NCBI GenBank assembly: GCA_050248855.1
Contig: JBFWRP010000005.1
Span: 139,379 to 203,378, forward strand
From: Planctomycetota bacterium
GTDB taxonomy: Bacteria > Planctomycetota > PLA2 > JAEUHO01
Direction of reading: 5' to 3'
DNA length: 64,000 bases
Below the pieces are notes generated by a model, which made no database searches, was not told where the DNA came from, and saw nothing but the letters and a program-made list of their open reading frames with translations. The translations under genes and the position numbers were made by a program. Each line of letters starts with the position of its first letter. Within the stretch, counting starts at the first letter, position 1. This document shows positions 60,605 through 64,000 of the stretch, in pieces.

Positions 60605-60934
60605 TCAGTAGCGCGGGATCGCGGGGTCGACCGTCTGGGACCAGAGGTCGATCCCGCCGATCACGTTGCGAGCCCCGGTGCGCCCCTGGTGCCGGAGCCA
60701 CGCGGTCACCATGTGGCTGCGGCGCCCCGTGTGGCAGAGCACGGCGATCTCGTGCGCGCCGTCCAGCTCGGCCAGGCGATCGGGCAGATCCTGCATGGGG
60801 ATGCACGTGGCCCCCTCGACGGCCGCCCACGTCAGCTCCACCGGTTCGCGGATGTCGAGCAAGACGAAGCCTGCGCGCTTCGCGTCAAGCGCCGCGGCGG
60901 CCTCCTCGGGCGTGATCGTGTGCACCTCGTGCAT
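60605..60934 (-). CDS. Single-domain rhodanese
   Basis: LLDIREPVE, CHTGRRS, GGIDLWS..DPAIPRY. Confidence 0.9.
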   Translation of the reverse strand: MHEVHTITPEEAAAALDAKRAGFVLLDIREPVELTWAAVEGATCIPMQDLPDRLAELDGAHEIAVLCHTGRRSHMVTAWLRHQGRTGARNVIGGIDLWSQTVDPAIPRY

Positions 60935-60954
60935 CGCGCAGACGCTCCCGTTGC

Positions 60955-62613
60955 CTACATGCGCTTGTAGCGCGGCCCGCTGCCGCCCTCACGCGGCGTC
61001 CAGCGCGGGCCCAGCACGTCGGTGGCCTTGCAGTCCACGCAGTTGGGAGCGTTCACGACGAGGCCATCCGGTCCGTCCTCGTAGACGCCCGCGGGGCACA
61101 TCGCCGCGTAGAACGCCGCCACGGCCGGCGTCACGGCTTCGCCGGTCACCAGGTGCGAGGGGATGTCGTCGCGCGTCTGGTTGCCCGACTTGTAGACGGC
61201 GTCGACCTTGCTGAACGTCAGCTTGCCGTCGGGCACGAACGGCGCCTCCTCGCGCCACGTGCGCGGCGCCTCGGCGTCGGACTCGACCTGGATCGTCTTG
61301 CCGGGGAACAAGCCCTTGGTGGCGATCATCAGGCTCGAGCGCATGCCGCCGCCCACGAGGCCATGCTTGAACGCGAGCCGCATGTTGCGCGTGCGGTAGA
61401 GGTCCTGGCCGATGTAGCTGTCGCGCACGGCCTGGGTGTACGGCGCCAGGGCGCTGGCCGACACGTCGTCGGCCTTGAGCGCCTCGTAGATGGTGCGCGC
61501 GGCCAGGATGCCGCTTTGCATGGCGTAGTGGATGCCCTTGAGCGACGGCACGTCCACCAGGCCGGCCGCATCGCCCAGGACCAGCAGGCCTTCGTCGTGC
61601 AGGCGCTCGGGCAAGGCGTGCCAGCCCCCCTCGGGGATGGTCTTGGCCCCCCACTCGACCATCTCGCCGCCTTCGAGAATCGGGCGGAAGAGCGGATGGG
61701 TCTTCAGGCGCTGGAGCAGCACGTGCACGTCCAGCCCCGCATCGGGGGCGTCCAGACCCACGACCAAGCCCAACGCCACGAGGTTCTTCTCGAGCGGATA
61801 GCAGAAGCTGCCACCGAAGGCCGACGACGGCAGCGGCCAGCCCAGCGTGTGGATGACTGCGTCGAGCGGCTGCTTGGTCTCCCAGAGCTCCTTCACGCCC
61901 AACGCGTAGATCGGCGGGTTCGTGGACCCGACGCCCCGCTCCCGACGCCAGGCCTGCGTGAGCGGCCCGCGCGTACCCTCGGCCAACGCCACCACGCGCG
62001 CCGTCAGCTCGGTCGGCGGTGTGAAGCCACTGCCCTCGCTGCCATCGCGCTTCAGGCCCGACGCCGTCGTACGCACACCCACGACGCGATCGCCGTCGAG
62101 CAGGAGACTGTCGACGGGGAAACCCGTGAACACGTTGACGCCACGCGCCTCGGCCTGCTCCCCCATCCAGCGCACGATCTCGCTGATCGACGCGACGTGG
62201 TTGCCGCGGTTGTGCATGGGCGGCGGCACGGGTACACGGAGGCGCTTGTTCCCGGTCAGGAAGTAGACCCGCTCCTTGCCCACGGCACCGCGGAGCGGCA
62301 GGTCTTCCAACGAGACGTCGGGGAACAGCTCGCGCAGCGCACGCGGGTTGACGACGGCGCCCGAGAGGTTGTGCTGGCCCAGCTCCTCGGCCTTCTCGAG
62401 CACCGCGATCTCGACATCGCCCACGCCGTCGCCGCGCTCGTTGCCCTCGCGCACCAACCGCGCCAGCTCGATCGCCCCCGCCAGCCCCGCCGGCCCGCCC
62501 CCCACGAACACCACGTCCATCGGCACCGCCTCGTCATCGGGCGCCTCGCGGCGCAGCAGGCGCGCACGCGGCAGGGGCGGCTGGACATCGGACGGCTTGA
62601 AGGAAGCGGGCAT
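60955..62613 (-). CDS. Electron-transfer flavoprotein:quinone oxidoreductase
   Basis: VGGGPAGL, LSGAV, HTLGWPL, GAKTIPEGG, KGIHYAM, CPAGVYE, PREGGSGP. Confidence 0.9.
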   Translation of the reverse strand: MPASFKPSDVQPPLPRARLLRREAPDDEAVPMDVVFVGGGPAGLAGAIELARLVREGNERGDGVGDVEIAVLEKAEELGQHNLSGAVVNPRALRELFPDVSLEDLPLRGAVGKERVYFLTGNKRLRVPVPPPMHNRGNHVASISEIVRWMGEQAEARGVNVFTGFPVDSLLLDGDRVVGVRTTASGLKRDGSEGSGFTPPTELTARVVALAEGTRGPLTQAWRRERGVGSTNPPIYALGVKELWETKQPLDAVIHTLGWPLPSSAFGGSFCYPLEKNLVALGLVVGLDAPDAGLDVHVLLQRLKTHPLFRPILEGGEMVEWGAKTIPEGGWHALPERLHDEGLLVLGDAAGLVDVPSLKGIHYAMQSGILAARTIYEALKADDVSASALAPYTQAVRDSYIGQDLYRTRNMRLAFKHGLVGGGMRSSLMIATKGLFPGKTIQVESDAEAPRTWREEAPFVPDGKLTFSKVDAVYKSGNQTRDDIPSHLVTGEAVTPAVAAFYAAMCPAGVYEDGPDGLVVNAPNCVDCKATDVLGPRWTPREGGSGPRYKRM

Positions 62614-62728
62614 GGGGGCAGGTTGTACCGCTTGGCCCCTCTAGGGTGCCCGATCCCGCGCAGCGGTCAGGTTGATTGGACCGGTGTGGCTGCACCCCGC
62701 CTCGGGGCGGCCCACTAGACTGGCGCGC

Positions 62729-63301
62729 ATGGGCCTCTTGACCTTCAGTCTCAACGTCACCCTCGACGGCTGCGTCGACCACCGCGAGGGGATCGCCGAC
62801 GACGAGACCCACGCCTTCTTCACGCGCCTCATGGACGAGCGCGGCGCCATGCTCTGGGGTCGCACCACCTACGAGATGATGGAGGGCTACTGGCCGTCCG
62901 TCGCCCGGGGCGAGATCGAGGCCCCGCCGGCCATGCGCGCGTGGGCGACGAAGCTCGAGGCGAAGCCGAAGTACGTGGTCTCGTCCACCCGCACGCACTT
63001 CCCCTGGTCCAACAGCCACCGGATCACGGGTGACCTGCGCAAGGGCGTGCAGCGGCTCAAGGACGCGACACCCGCCGGCATTCTGCTCGGCAGCGGCACG
63101 CTGGCGACCGCACTCGACCGTCTGGAGCTGATCGACGAGTACCGGCTCCTCGTCCACCCTCGGATCGCGGGCCACGGTCCAACGCTGTTCCAGGGCGGCC
63201 TGGCCGCGACGCGGCGACTCGATCTGCTCTCGGCGACGCCACTCCGGTCCGGCGCCGTGGCGATGCACTACCGGCGGGCGCAGCCTGCACGCCGCCGGTA
63301 G
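62729..63301 (+). CDS. Dihydrofolate reductase / RibD C-terminal family protein
   Basis: VTLDG, WGRTTYE, KYVVSST, LIDEY..VHP.IAGHG. Confidence 0.88.
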   Translation: MGLLTFSLNVTLDGCVDHREGIADDETHAFFTRLMDERGAMLWGRTTYEMMEGYWPSVARGEIEAPPAMRAWATKLEAKPKYVVSSTRTHFPWSNSHRITGDLRKGVQRLKDATPAGILLGSGTLATALDRLELIDEYRLLVHPRIAGHGPTLFQGGLAATRRLDLLSATPLRSGAVAMHYRRAQPARRR

Positions 63302-63304
63302 GCG

Positions 63305-64000
63305 CTAGGTCAGCAGCACGCGCCCGCGCGCTCCGACATCCACCAAGCCGAGCTTGAACAGCAGCGGCTCGATGCGCTTGCGGACCGCAGTCTCGGGGAG
63401 TCCGAGATACGCCGCAATCCGGCACAGCGTGACGGGGCCGCGGGCGGCCGCCAGCTCCTCCAGGTAGCGGCGGTGCTCCGGGTCCAGGCCGGTCTCGTCG
63501 AGCTCGAGGCGCGTCAGCGCCGCACGGACGGCGCGGCAACCGACGGGCTCGGCCAAGCCCTCGTGGCAGGCCACCTGGGCACGGATCGCCTGCACCAGGG
63601 CGCCCACCTTGCGCGGGCTTCCACCCGCCGCCTGGGCGATCAGCAGGGCCGCCGTCAGCTGCAGCGTGAAGCCCCGGCGGGCGGCCACGTCCATGGCGAT
63701 CTCGGCCAGCTGGGCCGGTGTCATCAGCGTGAGCCGCTCCACCACGCCGAAGCGGCTGCGCATGGCGTCGGGGATCTCCATCTCCTCCGTCGTGGCGGCC
63801 AGCAGCGTGAAGCGCGGCAGCCCCAGCACGATCTCGCGCGAGCGCGCCCCTTGGTTGATGGTGAGCGTGACCTGCTGATCGGTCATGGCCTCGTAGAGCA
63901 GCTCCATGACCTTGCGCGGCAGCGAGTGGATCTCGTCGAGGAACAGCGCATCCCCCTCACGAAGGCCGGCCAACAGGCCCAGGAGCGTGGTCGGGTCGCT
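63305..64000 (-). CDS. Divergent RuvB-like AAA+ protein (5' end outside window)
   Basis: GDALFLDEIH, FTLLAATT, RSRFG, GSPRK, IEPLL...GR; frame open to the window edge. Confidence 0.82.
   Translation of the reverse strand, partial: SDPTTLLGLLAGLREGDALFLDEIHSLPRKVMELLYEAMTDQQVTLTINQGARSREIVLGLPRFTLLAATTEEMEIPDAMRSRFGVVERLTLMTPAQLAEIAMDVAARRGFTLQLTAALLIAQAAGGSPRKVGALVQAIRAQVACHEGLAEPVGCRAVRAALTRLELDETGLDPEHRRYLEELAAARGPVTLCRIAAYLGLPETAVRKRIEPLLFKLGLVDVGARGRVLLT

Overview
Very GC-rich bacterial window, gene-dense, with many signal-peptide hypothetical proteins. Planctomycetota-like by inference only. Ordinary content: a propionyl-CoA carboxylase/methylmalonyl-CoA epimerase cluster, pdxH, ispH, fumC, ETF-quinone oxidoreductase, Opp-type, DAACS, AspT, MFS and ABC transporters, tricorn and trypsin-like proteases, and two bactofilins. 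Main find: three paralogous secreted proteins (39139-39903 -, 40199-41047 -, 55181-55924 +) that the ORF track splits. Each has an in-frame TGA next to a Cys codon just after its signal peptide (AG-U-C, AG-U-C, AGG-C-U-G). Each TGA is followed by a SECIS-like hairpin, and two of the hairpins show a compensatory base-pair change. This looks like a family of exported selenoproteins with an N-terminal UC/CU motif on a thioredoxin-like body that lacks CxxC. Between the copies lies a PhnCDE-like ABC importer of the putative selenate type with a divergent LysR gene and a perfect inverted-repeat operator. Second find: an HNH endonuclease fused to a RuvB-like AAA+ module. It contains five palindromic DNA repeats, is followed by an inverted-repeat-bounded spacer and an orphan vsr, and has a second divergent RuvB-like copy at the right edge. 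A TIR-domain membrane protein missed by the ORF track runs off the left edge. No rRNA, tRNA or CRISPR array was seen. All calls were made by eye, without searches.
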